A DNA stretch of 64,000 nt, taken from Pseudomonadota bacterium (lineage in GTDB: Bacteria > Bdellovibrionota_C > UBA2361 > OMII01). Under the pieces are notes generated by a model. That model ran no database searches. It worked only from the letters and a program-made list of their open reading frames with translations, and was not told the origin of the DNA. Location of the stretch: NCBI GenBank assembly GCA_038134595.1, contig JAYPVM010000003.1:127629-191628 (forward strand), written 5' to 3'. The position numbers and the translations under genes are program-made. Below are positions 30,589-40,868 of this stretch, piece after piece; the first letter of the stretch is position 1, and each line of letters opens with the position of its first letter.

Positions 30589-31437
30589 GTGATGGAGATT
30601 TGTAGATCGAGGGAGTCGCTTAAGAGGTCGATAGCTGCAAGAAAAAGAGAGCAGCAAACCATTGGATTTGTTCCGACAATGGGCGCTCTTCACGAAGGAC
30701 ATCTTAGTCTCGTCCGTTTGTCGTTGGATTCATGCGATGTAACGGTCTGCTCTATATTTGTTAATCCACGACAATTTAACGATCAGAATGACTATAGGGC
30801 ATATGAAATTAACCTTGAGAGGGATGCCGCGCTTCTAGAGAGAGAGGGAGTTGATATCCTTTTTGCGCCAGATGTTGGAGAGATGTATCCCAGAGGATTT
30901 CAGACGGTTGTCCAAGTTGATGAGCTCTCGCGTCCATTTGAGGGGGCGAGGCGGCCGGGACATTTTACCGGTGTCACAACTGTGGTGTGTACGCTTCTAG
31001 GGCTCGTAGCGCCTGACTACGCGATCTTTGGAGAGAAGGACTTTCAACAGCTACGAATTGTGGAGCAAATGGTGGAAGACCTCGGACTTGATGTCAAAAT
31101 TGTACGAGGCCCTTTGATTCGTGATGAATGCGGTCTTGCGCTTAGCTCGCGCAATGAGCGCCTCTCTGAGGGTGGGCGGCAAGAGGCTCACAAGATTTAC
31201 CAAGCCTTGTGTGAGATGGTAACCGTAGCGCGTAACGGCGAGCGCTCTTGTTCCCGTATCTGTTCTGCAGGTTCTGAAATCCTGAAGACGATTATTGAGG
31301 GTCAAATAGAATACATAGCTATTGTTGATGAAGTAGCTCTAGGAGAGTTGGCGGAGATATCACAAACCGCAAGGATTCTCGTTGTAGTGCAGGTAGAAGG
31401 GGTGAGGCTCTTAGATAACATGCGTATCGAGCTATAA
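30589..31437 (+). CDS. panC: Pantoate--beta-alanine ligase
   Basis: FVPTMGALHEGH, SIFVNP.QF, RPGHF.GV, FGEKDFQQ, GLALSSRN, RLLDN. Confidence 0.97.
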   Translation: MMEICRSRESLKRSIAARKREQQTIGFVPTMGALHEGHLSLVRLSLDSCDVTVCSIFVNPRQFNDQNDYRAYEINLERDAALLEREGVDILFAPDVGEMYPRGFQTVVQVDELSRPFEGARRPGHFTGVTTVVCTLLGLVAPDYAIFGEKDFQQLRIVEQMVEDLGLDVKIVRGPLIRDECGLALSSRNERLSEGGRQEAHKIYQALCEMVTVARNGERSCSRICSAGSEILKTIIEGQIEYIAIVDEVALGELAEISQTARILVVVQVEGVRLLDNMRIEL

Positions 31438-31477
31438 GCACATAGATACAGATCGCTTCGCCGTTGGTGATAGTATA

Positions 31478-32077
31478 CTAGCTAGCTTCAGGCGGCGTCG
31501 ACGAATCAAATTTGTGCCTTCGTTGTGCACGTGCTTTGGCTAGGTCGATAAGAGAATGAGATTGGCTAGCGCGGTTAACTAGCATCGGCTTCTTCCTAGA
31601 CCTCCGTCCGCCTGGAAGGACGTGAAGACCTTCGGTAGGGCTCCTGTTGATCTGGTCCTCGTTTGCAGAGTGTCCGAGGGCTGTCATAATGCTATCGAAC
31701 AGAGACTCCTCAAATTCTTGTAGCTCTCTGTCAGATGCTGATAAAAGCCTCTTGTCTCCATTTGCGATTCGGAAGATGACATGGGATAAAAACGGCACTA
31801 TCTTTTGACGCTCTGACTCGGAGAGCTTGGCTAACCCATCTAAAAGAGAGGCTGTGCTTTTGCCTCCAACTCCCTCGAGAAGTGTTTGAAATTGAAGCTG
31901 CAGACTTAGTAGATTTCTCGTAAAATCTCCGCTGTTTGAATCGTTCATAGTAGATGCTTCCTTTGCTACTGTGGGGGTGTTTCCAAAGTAGTCACTAACG
32001 TTTTTGTTTATATAATCTAATATCCGCATAAGCCTCCTGTTTGCTTCAGTGTTTGAGTGTAAATCTGCAGAAAACAT
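31478..32077 (-). CDS. Hypothetical protein
   Basis: 199-aa ORF filling the gap after dxs; helical core and disordered tail. Confidence 0.7.
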   Translation of the reverse strand: MFSADLHSNTEANRRLMRILDYINKNVSDYFGNTPTVAKEASTMNDSNSGDFTRNLLSLQLQFQTLLEGVGGKSTASLLDGLAKLSESERQKIVPFLSHVIFRIANGDKRLLSASDRELQEFEESLFDSIMTALGHSANEDQINRSPTEGLHVLPGGRRSRKKPMLVNRASQSHSLIDLAKARAQRRHKFDSSTPPEAS

Positions 32078-32188
32078 ACCACCCGTAACTACTTGATAAT
32101 ACAGCGCTTATATGCTTGGAGGTGTGTTTTTTAACGACAATATGTCTCGGTTTTGGACAGTCGTATTACAACCGAGCAGGTGAATAAG

Positions 32189-34108
32189 CTATGCGACTTT
32201 TGATCGCTTGAACGACTTGCTCTGAACGAATGCCGCTATTGTTGCCGCATCGTAGCCATGGAGGTTTTGTTGCTCAGCTTGACTTCCGTGTGGAACGAAT
32301 GAATCGCCAACACCAAACAGTTTAATCGGAGCTTTCATTGACAGTCCTGCCGTTTGGACGAATTCTGATACTGCAGAGCCGAAGCCACCAGCAATCGAAT
32401 GATCTTCTATAGTGCATACAATTGAAAACTCAGGGAGCAGCTTGGAAAGCAGGGTGGTATCGAGAGGTTTGGCGAAGCGCGCGTTTACAACAGTGCACTC
32501 GATTCCTTGTTTGTGTAGCTGCTCTGCTGCGGAGAGCGCATTTTGTACAACTGGGCCAAATCCAATGAGGAGTGCATCGGAGCCCGTTCGTACTATTTCT
32601 GCCTTTCCCTGCTCAATAACCGAGAAGGCTGAATTACATGCAACTCCCACTCCATTGCCCCGAGGGTAGCGCAGCGCTACGGGCTGTTTATAAGAAAGAG
32701 CCGAATAGACCATATCCCTTAATTCACTTTCATCCTTAGGGGACATGAGTACCATGTTGGGTATGCTCCTTAGATATGAAATGTCGAAAACACCCTGATG
32801 GGTTTCGCCATCATTTCCTACAACACCTGCCCGATCGATAGCAAAAACAACCGGGAGCTCCTGAATACATACGTCGTGTACGATTTGATCATAGGCGCGT
32901 TGTAAAAACGTCGAATAAATTGCGACCACAGGTTTGTATCCCTCACAAGCGAGACCAGCCGCATATGTTACAGCGTGTTGTTCGCAGATCCCAACGTCAT
33001 TGACTTGTTTGGGTAGTACGGCAGCCATTTTGTCGAGTCCTGTGCCACCCGGCATTGCAGCCGTTATAGCTATTATGGATGGATCTTCTTGGGCTATGTC
33101 AGTTAGCGCACTGGCAAATACCCCTGTATAGGAGGGGGCTGCCACTGTCCGTTGTTTGGCTTTTCGAAATTCTGCCTTAGATGGATCGAACGGAGTAACT
33201 CCGTGCCATTTGATTGGGTCAGCCTCTGCTGGTTGATAGCCTTTTCCTTTCGTAGTGTAGCAGTGAACAAGAACAGGACCATCTTGCCGTTTTGCATTTT
33301 GTAAAGCTGTTGTTAGTGCCGAAATGTCATGCCCATCTACCGGACCAATGTATCGAAAGCCAAAAGCTTCAAATAGCATGGCAGGTGTCGAGAAAAAGCT
33401 TTGTGTAAGCTCCTCTGCTCTGTCAACCGCTTTGTACAAGAGTTCAGGAATGTAGCCTCTGTTCCGGAGCTTTTTGACAGCGCCACGAGCCTTTGATGAT
33501 GTTTCTCCCGTGAGCGTGCGGGAAAACAGCCAACTGAGAGCGCCGACGTTTTCCGATATCGACATCTCATTGTCATTGAGTATCACCACAAAATTATCAA
33601 GTCGAAGAGCGCCGGCATGGTTAAGCGCCTCGAAGGCCATGCCTGACGTTAGAGAGCCATCGCCGATGATAGGAACAACAAACTGGTCTGAATCTTTGTG
33701 CTTCAGTGCCATTTTCATTCCAACACCTGCGGATATGCTCGTCCCTGCATGGCCAGCCCCAAATGCGTCGAACTGACTTTCATCCCGCCGGAGGAATCCT
33801 GAAATCCCGTCCTTTTGGCGTATTGATCCCATGAGAGCTCGACGACCCGTGAGCATTTTGTGAATATATGCTTGGTGACCAACATCCCATATGAGGCGGT
33901 CGTGTGGTGTGTTGAAACACGCATGCAGTGCTACGGTTAGTTCATTTGCTCCGAGGCTAGATGCGAAGTGCCCGCCCGATTGGCTTACGGTATTAATAAG
34001 CTCATCCCGGAGCTCGTCTGCCACCTGCCGTAGTTCGGTAGGGGTCATTGAGCGTAGGTCATCAGGTAACTGTGAGGTATCTATGAGGCGTCTGTTCATT
34101 GGAGGCAA
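32189..34108 (-). CDS. dxs: 1-deoxy-D-xylulose-5-phosphate synthase
   Basis: GGHFASSLG, WDVGHQAY.HK, GDGSLT.GMAFEALN, AIYSTFLQRAYDQ. Confidence 0.97.
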   Translation of the reverse strand: MPPMNRRLIDTSQLPDDLRSMTPTELRQVADELRDELINTVSQSGGHFASSLGANELTVALHACFNTPHDRLIWDVGHQAYIHKMLTGRRALMGSIRQKDGISGFLRRDESQFDAFGAGHAGTSISAGVGMKMALKHKDSDQFVVPIIGDGSLTSGMAFEALNHAGALRLDNFVVILNDNEMSISENVGALSWLFSRTLTGETSSKARGAVKKLRNRGYIPELLYKAVDRAEELTQSFFSTPAMLFEAFGFRYIGPVDGHDISALTTALQNAKRQDGPVLVHCYTTKGKGYQPAEADPIKWHGVTPFDPSKAEFRKAKQRTVAAPSYTGVFASALTDIAQEDPSIIAITAAMPGGTGLDKMAAVLPKQVNDVGICEQHAVTYAAGLACEGYKPVVAIYSTFLQRAYDQIVHDVCIQELPVVFAIDRAGVVGNDGETHQGVFDISYLRSIPNMVLMSPKDESELRDMVYSALSYKQPVALRYPRGNGVGVACNSAFSVIEQGKAEIVRTGSDALLIGFGPVVQNALSAAEQLHKQGIECTVVNARFAKPLDTTLLSKLLPEFSIVCTIEDHSIAGGFGSAVSEFVQTAGLSMKAPIKLFGVGDSFVPHGSQAEQQNLHGYDAATIAAFVQSKSFKRSKVA

Positions 34109-34314
34109 GAATACATGTAGTTATAATTCCAATCAAATGGTTAAAATATAGTGGCAATTTAGGCTGTTAGGTCGCAGTCGGGGAATAGGCTATTTCTGTG
34201 TTATCGCTTTGCGTCAGAAAAGGCCTATCAGACGTATAGCGTTGTATCGTTAGCGCATACAATGGCGGCGGTGGGTAGTGTAAAGATAATGCGCAGTGTT
34301 ATTTGCTATCTCGG

Positions 34315-35226
34315 TTATTTGCTATCTCGAACCAGTTCACCGTTACGAAGAATCCAACGCTGGCAACCATCTGGAATGGTTAGGTAGGGCTGACCTTTAA
34401 CCAAATAGCGTGCGCCCTTGTCATCTAACACCTCAACTCGTGCGGAGCCGTAGGAGCAGCCACTGCCTCGGAATCGGGCAAGGCTTCCAAATCCATTGCC
34501 AGAGCCTCGGTTTGTACCTAACTCGTCATTTACGATTACTGAGGTTCCAAAAGGGCCGGTGTGAATAGCAAGTTTGCCGTCGTTATCTGAAACGGGCTTC
34601 CAGAGAAACTCCTCGAGCTCTCCTGCAACGATTTTATCTGCCTCCTCTTGCAATATGCCGTAGCATTCGCTGACTAGTCTCCCTTGGCATGCATCTGTTC
34701 GAGCTAGCCCATAGCCATTCTCTAGAAGACTTTCTGCGTAGCTTTTTCCGGTTGCGGAGAATAAGTGACCGATGACACCGAGGCCGCCGTCGCTAAGAGA
34801 GACATCACAGTCGGGTTCGGCTTTGTAGAAGTAAGCATCTCCTTCACTATTGAGCGCTTCAATGGTCTGCTTCGCGCCCGTTAGTTTGAAGTTTTCAGAT
34901 GGCACGCCTAAGCCGTGTAGCTTGATCAAAATTTCTCCATCGTCACTTCGTAACGCAACAAGATTAGACCCAATATAGCGAACAGAACCCCTGATCCCGT
35001 CTTTTGGACTGACAGGGTTTTGAAGTTCACTGTTAAAAACCGTGCCGCAGTTTGATCTAAAATCAGAGGAGTTAGTATTTGAATCCGTTCCGTTGCTGTT
35101 GCCAGATGACGGGTTTTTAGTACACCCAGTTATTAGCAAGACAGCTAGGAGGGTAAAACACGCCCGAGAGAGGTAGGCGGAAAAGCTGCGGCTTAAATGC
35201 TTGGTGTAAGATTTCATACGGTTCAT
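34315..35226 (-). CDS. Lipoprotein with degenerate SNase-like domain and unknown C-terminal domain
   Basis: Lipobox ITGC; S/N linker; IKLHGLGVP...SYAESLLENGYG pattern; start uncertain (35313/35226/35217). Confidence 0.6.
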   Translation of the reverse strand: MNRMKSYTKHLSRSFSAYLSRACFTLLAVLLITGCTKNPSSGNSNGTDSNTNSSDFRSNCGTVFNSELQNPVSPKDGIRGSVRYIGSNLVALRSDDGEILIKLHGLGVPSENFKLTGAKQTIEALNSEGDAYFYKAEPDCDVSLSDGGLGVIGHLFSATGKSYAESLLENGYGLARTDACQGRLVSECYGILQEEADKIVAGELEEFLWKPVSDNDGKLAIHTGPFGTSVIVNDELGTNRGSGNGFGSLARFRGSGCSYGSARVEVLDDKGARYLVKGQPYLTIPDGCQRWILRNGELVRDSK

Positions 35227-35610
35227 ATCTCTTTCGTGTTCCCTAAAGCCCCTCGCCCCAACATGTAATTTGCGCTCTTGATTGTATCTTGCTTTTCTTG
35301 TGGATTGCTTCATGGTTTTTTTTGAACTAGCTGTAGGTAGTTGAATTCGCAGAGATTGTAGGTTGCCTATAAAGATTTGCCTGTATAGTTGGACACCTTC
35401 GAGCCCCTAAACCGCTAGCCGTAAATGAGCAATTGAAGTAAGGTTTCTGTAAACTCTGTCTCTATTCCGTTGTACGAGATACTCTTAGGGGAGTTTTCAG
35501 GATCGCGTTTTTTCGCAAGGTGCCTTCTACCGGAGTGCCTTGAATTTAGTGTTTCTGAAAGCTCTTTAATGAACTTATTAGCTTGCGTCTTTTTTGTTAC
35601 AGGATGGCTT

Positions 35611-36690
35611 GTGCTGTACCACCTCCTTTATGCATTGCATGAAAAAATAACAATGCTCAACGTCATAAAATATCAGACGTTTCGAGCAATGGTTGCGTTT
35701 CTTTTTGCGTTTTCGTTTGTATTGGTTTTGCAGCCTCGGTTTATCTCGTGGTTACGGAATCGCGGCGTAGGGGGGCAACCTATTCGTGAGGATGGGCCAT
35801 CCTCTCATGAGGGTAAGCGAGGAACTCCAACGATGGGAGGGCTTGTAGTTGTAGTGGCTGTTGTGTTGGCCACCTTACTTCTGGTGGACCTAACACTTCC
35901 TAAGGTTTGGCTGACATTGGCCGTATTGCTTGGATTTGGGTATCTTGGATACATAGACGATTGGAGAAAGATTGATAAACAAGACTCTCGAGGATTGTCG
36001 GAACGAGGGAAGTTAATCGCGCAGATTGGCATGGCGGCTTTAAGTGCGGCGCTTCTTTATGCATTCGGTTCATCAACCGAGTTGCGGGTGCCGTTTTTTA
36101 AAGATGTAGTTCTACAATTGGGCGTTCTCGGTTTTATCCTGTTTTCGGCATTCGTTATGACGGCGACCTCTAACGCAGTAAATTTCACCGATGGTCTTGA
36201 TGGGTTAGCTATTGGGCCTGTCATGACAGTAGCGGCAACCTATGGGGTGTTTGCGTATTTAGCAGGGAATGCAATCTACGCCGATTATCTCGGTATTTAC
36301 TATGACAAGAGTGCAGGGGAAATAGCGATCATCTTAGCGGCCGTTTTCGCAGCGAGCCTTGGTTTTCTTTGGTATAATACGTTTCCAGCACAAATTTTCA
36401 TGGGCGACACTGGCTCTATGGCGCTGGGCGGCGTCTTGGGATTCGTCGCAATTGTTGTGAAGCAGGAGCTTATTTTGGTTGTCGCCGGAGGGGTTTTTGT
36501 AGCAGAAGCCGCCTCGGTTGTTATTCAACGTTATTACTATAAATGTACGAAAAAGAGGTTTTTTCGAATGGCTCCAATTCATCATCATTTCGAGTTGATG
36601 GGAGTTTCGGAACCTAAGATAATCGTTCGTTTCTGGATAGTGTCGGTTGTGCTTGCTATTGTATCCCTGACAACGCTCAAGTTGCGGTAG
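35611..36690 (+). CDS. mraY: Phospho-N-acetylmuramoyl-pentapeptide transferase
   Basis: GTPTMGG, YIDD, NAVNFTDGLDGLA, FMGDTGS, MAPIHHHFE; GTG 35611 gives 359 aa. Confidence 0.97.
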   Translation: MLYHLLYALHEKITMLNVIKYQTFRAMVAFLFAFSFVLVLQPRFISWLRNRGVGGQPIREDGPSSHEGKRGTPTMGGLVVVVAVVLATLLLVDLTLPKVWLTLAVLLGFGYLGYIDDWRKIDKQDSRGLSERGKLIAQIGMAALSAALLYAFGSSTELRVPFFKDVVLQLGVLGFILFSAFVMTATSNAVNFTDGLDGLAIGPVMTVAATYGVFAYLAGNAIYADYLGIYYDKSAGEIAIILAAVFAASLGFLWYNTFPAQIFMGDTGSMALGGVLGFVAIVVKQELILVVAGGVFVAEAASVVIQRYYYKCTKKRFFRMAPIHHHFELMGVSEPKIIVRFWIVSVVLAIVSLTTLKLR

Positions 36691-36790
36691 TGGGGTTAAG
36701 GAAAAATCTAGGCGGTAGGTAGGCCTTTTATGGGCTAGGGGACAGGTTGTATTCGGACAGGTTAGCTTGTTTAGCCACCTTTGTATTTCG

Positions 36791-38245
36791 ATGGGTGGAA
36801 CATGGCACGGGAGTGATGAATTTGTGGTTTCTTCTTTAGGTGAGGCGATAAGAAAGGGGCAGCGCGTCGTATTTGTTGGCCTCGGAAAACGGGCAGTGTC
36901 TGCCGCAAGGGTTCTCCGTGCTCGTGGTATTGAAGTTTGTATACTTGAGCAGCAATCCGTCGAGCGCACACGTCGTGCATGGCTGGGAGATAGTTTTTTA
37001 TCGTCAACCGAGATATCGGAGTTTGGGGTAGTTTTCGATGTTGATGGTGAGAAGGTCGTCCCATACCTGCTTGAAGCCTGTGCTGCTATTTTGAGTCCGG
37101 GTGTTTCGATAGAGTCTTCGGTTCCTGGTATTCTTTCCCGTCTAATGATTCCCACATACTCTCACATCGAACTAGACATGTACCTTAAGAGTCAAGAGTC
37201 TGTATTGATTGTTGGAACTAATGGCAAGACATCCACTGCATCACTAATTGCAACGATGACGAAATACACATCAGGACATGACGGCGTTGGGACGCCGACA
37301 TCTGAAAAGGGCACGCTGTCCCAGTATGAAATCGTTACTGCATCGGCTTTAGAACTAGAGGCTTCTCATCATTTAAAACCGCGAGTTGCGGCATGCGTTA
37401 ATGCAGTCCCAGCTTTTTTAGAGCGCTATGGAAGTCAAGATCGTTACATCACAACGCTCCGAAAAGCTTTTGATAATCAGTCCTCAACTGATTTTTGTGT
37501 GATTAATTGTGATGATCCAAATGCGTTTGAGGTGCTAGCAGGTAAGCCTGGAAATCGTATAGGGATCTCTGAGCACCTTCGTTCAAAGGATTCGAAAAAA
37601 CTAGATGGGTGGGTGCGCATTGAGGGCCGGCAACTCTACGCTGATATTTTCGGTGAGGCCCAGAACTTTCAACTTTCAGGTGGCTTCTGGACAGACCGGC
37701 ACAATGTTTACAATGCGGCGATAGCTGTCGGTATTGCAACCGTTCTGGGCGTTTCAAATGAGGTAATTCAGACTGTGCTATTGACCTGTAAGCCAGAGGA
37801 ATATCGACAAAGCTGGATCGTATCACCTCGTAGTGGGATCCCTGTATGCAATGATGCTAAGTCGACAAACGTGCACGCAACGCGGGCAGCCCTTTCGGCG
37901 GCTCGGTCGCGATATTCTGACCTTCAAGTTGTTTTGATCATGGGAGGAATAGCACAGGATGCTGAATGGTTCTCATTCATCGGAGAATTTTGCGATTCTG
38001 TTTGTCGAGCAGTGTGTTTCGGTGAGGATGCATCGTTGCTAGCCAGGGCTTGTAGCTGTGAAGGAGTTGAAGCGGTAACGGTAGAATCGTTCGCTGAAGC
38101 CATCAGGCTTGGATACAAGTTAGCAATTGAGGAACCTAAGCGGTTATTAATGTTGTCGCCAGGATGCTTGAGTCTGGATGAATTCAGAAGTTATCGAGAG
38201 CGGGGTAGGATGTTTGATGAGTACCTGCAGAGCCTTGATATTTAA
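36791..38245 (+). CDS. murD: MurD-like Mur ligase, divergent
   Basis: GLG..A, LSPGV, GTNGKTST, NDAKSTN, LSPGC.S.DEF..Y.ERG; directly after mraY; several catalytic residues replaced. Confidence 0.8.
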   Translation: MGGTWHGSDEFVVSSLGEAIRKGQRVVFVGLGKRAVSAARVLRARGIEVCILEQQSVERTRRAWLGDSFLSSTEISEFGVVFDVDGEKVVPYLLEACAAILSPGVSIESSVPGILSRLMIPTYSHIELDMYLKSQESVLIVGTNGKTSTASLIATMTKYTSGHDGVGTPTSEKGTLSQYEIVTASALELEASHHLKPRVAACVNAVPAFLERYGSQDRYITTLRKAFDNQSSTDFCVINCDDPNAFEVLAGKPGNRIGISEHLRSKDSKKLDGWVRIEGRQLYADIFGEAQNFQLSGGFWTDRHNVYNAAIAVGIATVLGVSNEVIQTVLLTCKPEEYRQSWIVSPRSGIPVCNDAKSTNVHATRAALSAARSRYSDLQVVLIMGGIAQDAEWFSFIGEFCDSVCRAVCFGEDASLLARACSCEGVEAVTVESFAEAIRLGYKLAIEEPKRLLMLSPGCLSLDEFRSYRERGRMFDEYLQSLDI

Positions 38246-38263
38246 CGGAGCCAATGTATTAGG

Positions 38264-39355
38264 CTATTTTTTCATTGAGCTGCGTATAGCCTGACGAAGA
38301 AGGAAACTTCGCTTGGCTCCGTCTGTTACCTCTATTAAGTTGTCATATAACGTTGGGTCTATTATCAGGGCACCCAGCGAGCCAGAACCGTATGCGAGGG
38401 CATTAGACGTTGCCTGTAGGTTAGTTGCAACTGCTGCCAGAGAGGAGAGGACTTCATCTATTCGTTGGGCTACTGCGCCAGGTTCTACAGGAGTATAGAG
38501 GAGATCATGGAGAACCCCATGTTGCGTTTCGGCCGTACCTGCTATAGCCGAAAATCCCTTACTGGCTTCCGAGATGTCTTGAAGTGTTCTTAAAATTTGA
38601 TTTGCTGTGGTGGTACCAGTTTTGGAGTAAAAGAGGGCGTGTAGAATACCGCTTCCGGTTTGAACCTCTCGGATTAGATTGCTTACGTCGGTACTTGTGG
38701 TTGCGAGAGAGCGGATAAGCTCAGCCCCTTCCTTTTCAGAGTATATGAGCCGGTGAATAAAGCCCTTCTCTGAGCGAACAGCATCTGAGATCCGAGCGAT
38801 GCTTTGAGAAGCTGATGCGATGTTCTTGAAAGTGTCTGGCGAAAGCCCGATAAGCGCAGTGTTGATCGTTTCTGTTATTTGAGCAGTATTCTCTACAGCT
38901 TGTTGCGCACGTATCAGAACTTGGTCGAGATCAGCGACCGTTGCGGATTGAATTGTATCTCCTGGAACTAGACGTGTTTGAGAGTTTCCACTGGAAAGCG
39001 AGATAAATCGGTCCCCAAGCAAGCCTTGTGTGTCAATCGTAGCGACGGAGTCTTCTTTGACTCGGTCCAGATAGGAGTTGTTAATTAGTAGTTTAACGTG
39101 AACTTCCGAGTCTGCTGAGTTGTGGGAAAAGCCCACTTCGTCGACTCGCCCAATCGCAATTCCACCCAAGCGCACCGGGGCACCAGATGCTAGTCCTTTT
39201 ACATCGCTAAACTGTGCATAAAAGGAGCTTTGCCGAGCAAATATTTGGTGCTCTTTTCCCATGACAAGAATTAACGAGGCGATGAGCGTTGTGCAGATAA
39301 CGATAAATAAGCCGGCTTTTAATTCATTCCTAACTTTCATAGTTCGTCTCTCCAT
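38264..39355 (-). CDS. mlaD: MlaD/MCE family protein with long helical C-terminus
   Basis: TM; F.DV.GL..GAPV.LGGI.IG.V; GLLGDRFI. Confidence 0.9.
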   Translation of the reverse strand: MERRTMKVRNELKAGLFIVICTTLIASLILVMGKEHQIFARQSSFYAQFSDVKGLASGAPVRLGGIAIGRVDEVGFSHNSADSEVHVKLLINNSYLDRVKEDSVATIDTQGLLGDRFISLSSGNSQTRLVPGDTIQSATVADLDQVLIRAQQAVENTAQITETINTALIGLSPDTFKNIASASQSIARISDAVRSEKGFIHRLIYSEKEGAELIRSLATTSTDVSNLIREVQTGSGILHALFYSKTGTTTANQILRTLQDISEASKGFSAIAGTAETQHGVLHDLLYTPVEPGAVAQRIDEVLSSLAAVATNLQATSNALAYGSGSLGALIIDPTLYDNLIEVTDGAKRSFLLRQAIRSSMKK

Positions 39356-40092
39356 GAGCCTGTTATAAAATCGGAGACTAACACATCCTCTGCTGCTAAC
39401 GTCGATGCTTTTCCATCTGCTCGAATTCCCCCGTTACTCAATAGCATCCATCGGTCCGAGATGCGAGAGGCGCTTTGTACGTCGTGGGTGACAACTAGCG
39501 ATGTGATTCGTGATTCTTTCGCAAATCGAACTATTAGCTCGTCAATTTTTCGAGTTGACGTCGGGTCAAGGCCGGTTGTGGGCTCGTCATAAAGCATGAT
39601 TTTTGGTTCTGATGCAAGTGCGCGGGCGAGGCCTACCCGTTTCTTTTGGCCTCCAGAGAGCTGACTCGGATACTTACCATCGATACCAGGGAGTCCGACC
39701 ATTGCTAGTTTTTCGTCTACTACACAACGGAGTTGGTCGTAGTTGTTTTCTCCGCGTTCGCGGAGCCCATACGCAATATTCTCAAATACTGTTAATGAGT
39801 CAAAGAGGGCAGCACCTTGGAATAACATCCCCACATCGGCCCGGAGGAGCCTTAAAGCAGGTTCTTGGAGAGACGAAATGTTCTGCCCAAGAACGTTAAT
39901 CTCTCCGTGTTGCACGGCAAGTAAACCCATAATAAGTTTTAGTATAATCGTCTTACCGGCGCCGCTCGGTCCAAGTAGAGTCGTGACCTCGCCTTCATGC
40001 AAAGCAAATGTAAGGTTGTTGTGAATTCGATTGCTGCCAAAAGCTGTGCAAACATCCTTAAATTTAATTGTTGTGGCCGGTGTGGTTGTCAT
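39337..40092 (-). CDS. mlaF: MlaF ABC ATPase
   Basis: GPSGAGKT, FQGAALFDSLTVFENIA, LSGGQKKRVGLARA, YDEPTTGLDP. Confidence 0.92.
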   Translation of the reverse strand: MTTTPATTIKFKDVCTAFGSNRIHNNLTFALHEGEVTTLLGPSGAGKTIILKLIMGLLAVQHGEINVLGQNISSLQEPALRLLRADVGMLFQGAALFDSLTVFENIAYGLRERGENNYDQLRCVVDEKLAMVGLPGIDGKYPSQLSGGQKKRVGLARALASEPKIMLYDEPTTGLDPTSTRKIDELIVRFAKESRITSLVVTHDVQSASRISDRWMLLSNGGIRADGKASTLAAEDVLVSDFITGSWRDEL

Positions 40093-40853
40093 GAAAAGTT
40101 AAGGAAAATAAGAAGCTTGGTTATAAAAAAGTTAGCTATAAATACCGCTAGGGATCCTACTACAACTGCCTCAGTGGTTGTTTGACCGACCTCTTCAGTA
40201 CCCCCTCTACATGAGAGTCCCTTATAGCATGCTACCGACACAGCAATGAGTCCGAAAGCAAGGCTTTTTATGAGCCCATCGACAACATCTCTTATAACGA
40301 CTGCGTACAAATACGAACGGTAGTATTGATGCGCGGTAATACCGAGCTCATTGACGGCAATAACCATTCCCCCTCCGACGCCAACAAGGAGTGCAAGGCC
40401 AGCAAGCATGGGAAGGGATATCATTCCCGCGATAATTCTAGGGGTAACTAATCGTCGAATTGGATCTCCGCCGAGAGCTCTTATTGCATCTACTTGCTCG
40501 GTAACTACCATGGAGGATATCTCGGCAGCAATGCCGGCTCCAACCCGACCGCAAACCATCACAGCGGTCAGCACCGGCCCAAGCTCACGGGCAAGTGCCA
40601 GTCCAACAAGATTACCAACATAGTTTTTTGCCCCAAACCGTTGGAGTCCGTAAGCAGTCTGAATCGCAAGTACCATCCCTGTAAAAACAGCCGTAATTAG
40701 TACGATTGGGAGAGAGCGAATGCCAATTTCGATTATGTGACGGCATGTGTCACGCAGGTTAATACCATTTTTTTTAATGTCTTTGGTCACGTCAAGCAGC
40801 ATGAAGACGTAACCACCTAGAGACCGAAAAAGCGTATCGAGCCGACTGGCCAT
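40089..40853 (-). CDS. mlaE: MlaE ABC permease
   Basis: RELGPVLTA, GRVGAGIAAEI, TEQVDA, VGQTTTEAVV. Confidence 0.93.
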   Translation of the reverse strand: MASRLDTLFRSLGGYVFMLLDVTKDIKKNGINLRDTCRHIIEIGIRSLPIVLITAVFTGMVLAIQTAYGLQRFGAKNYVGNLVGLALARELGPVLTAVMVCGRVGAGIAAEISSMVVTEQVDAIRALGGDPIRRLVTPRIIAGMISLPMLAGLALLVGVGGGMVIAVNELGITAHQYYRSYLYAVVIRDVVDGLIKSLAFGLIAVSVACYKGLSCRGGTEEVGQTTTEAVVVGSLAVFIANFFITKLLIFLNFS

Positions 40854-40868
40854 AGTTTATCTCTCCGC

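Noticed and set aside
36334..37155. 273-aa minus ORF and other short overlapping ORFs in the track
   Set aside because: Antisense or off-frame to well-supported genes (mraY/murD etc.), no motifs.
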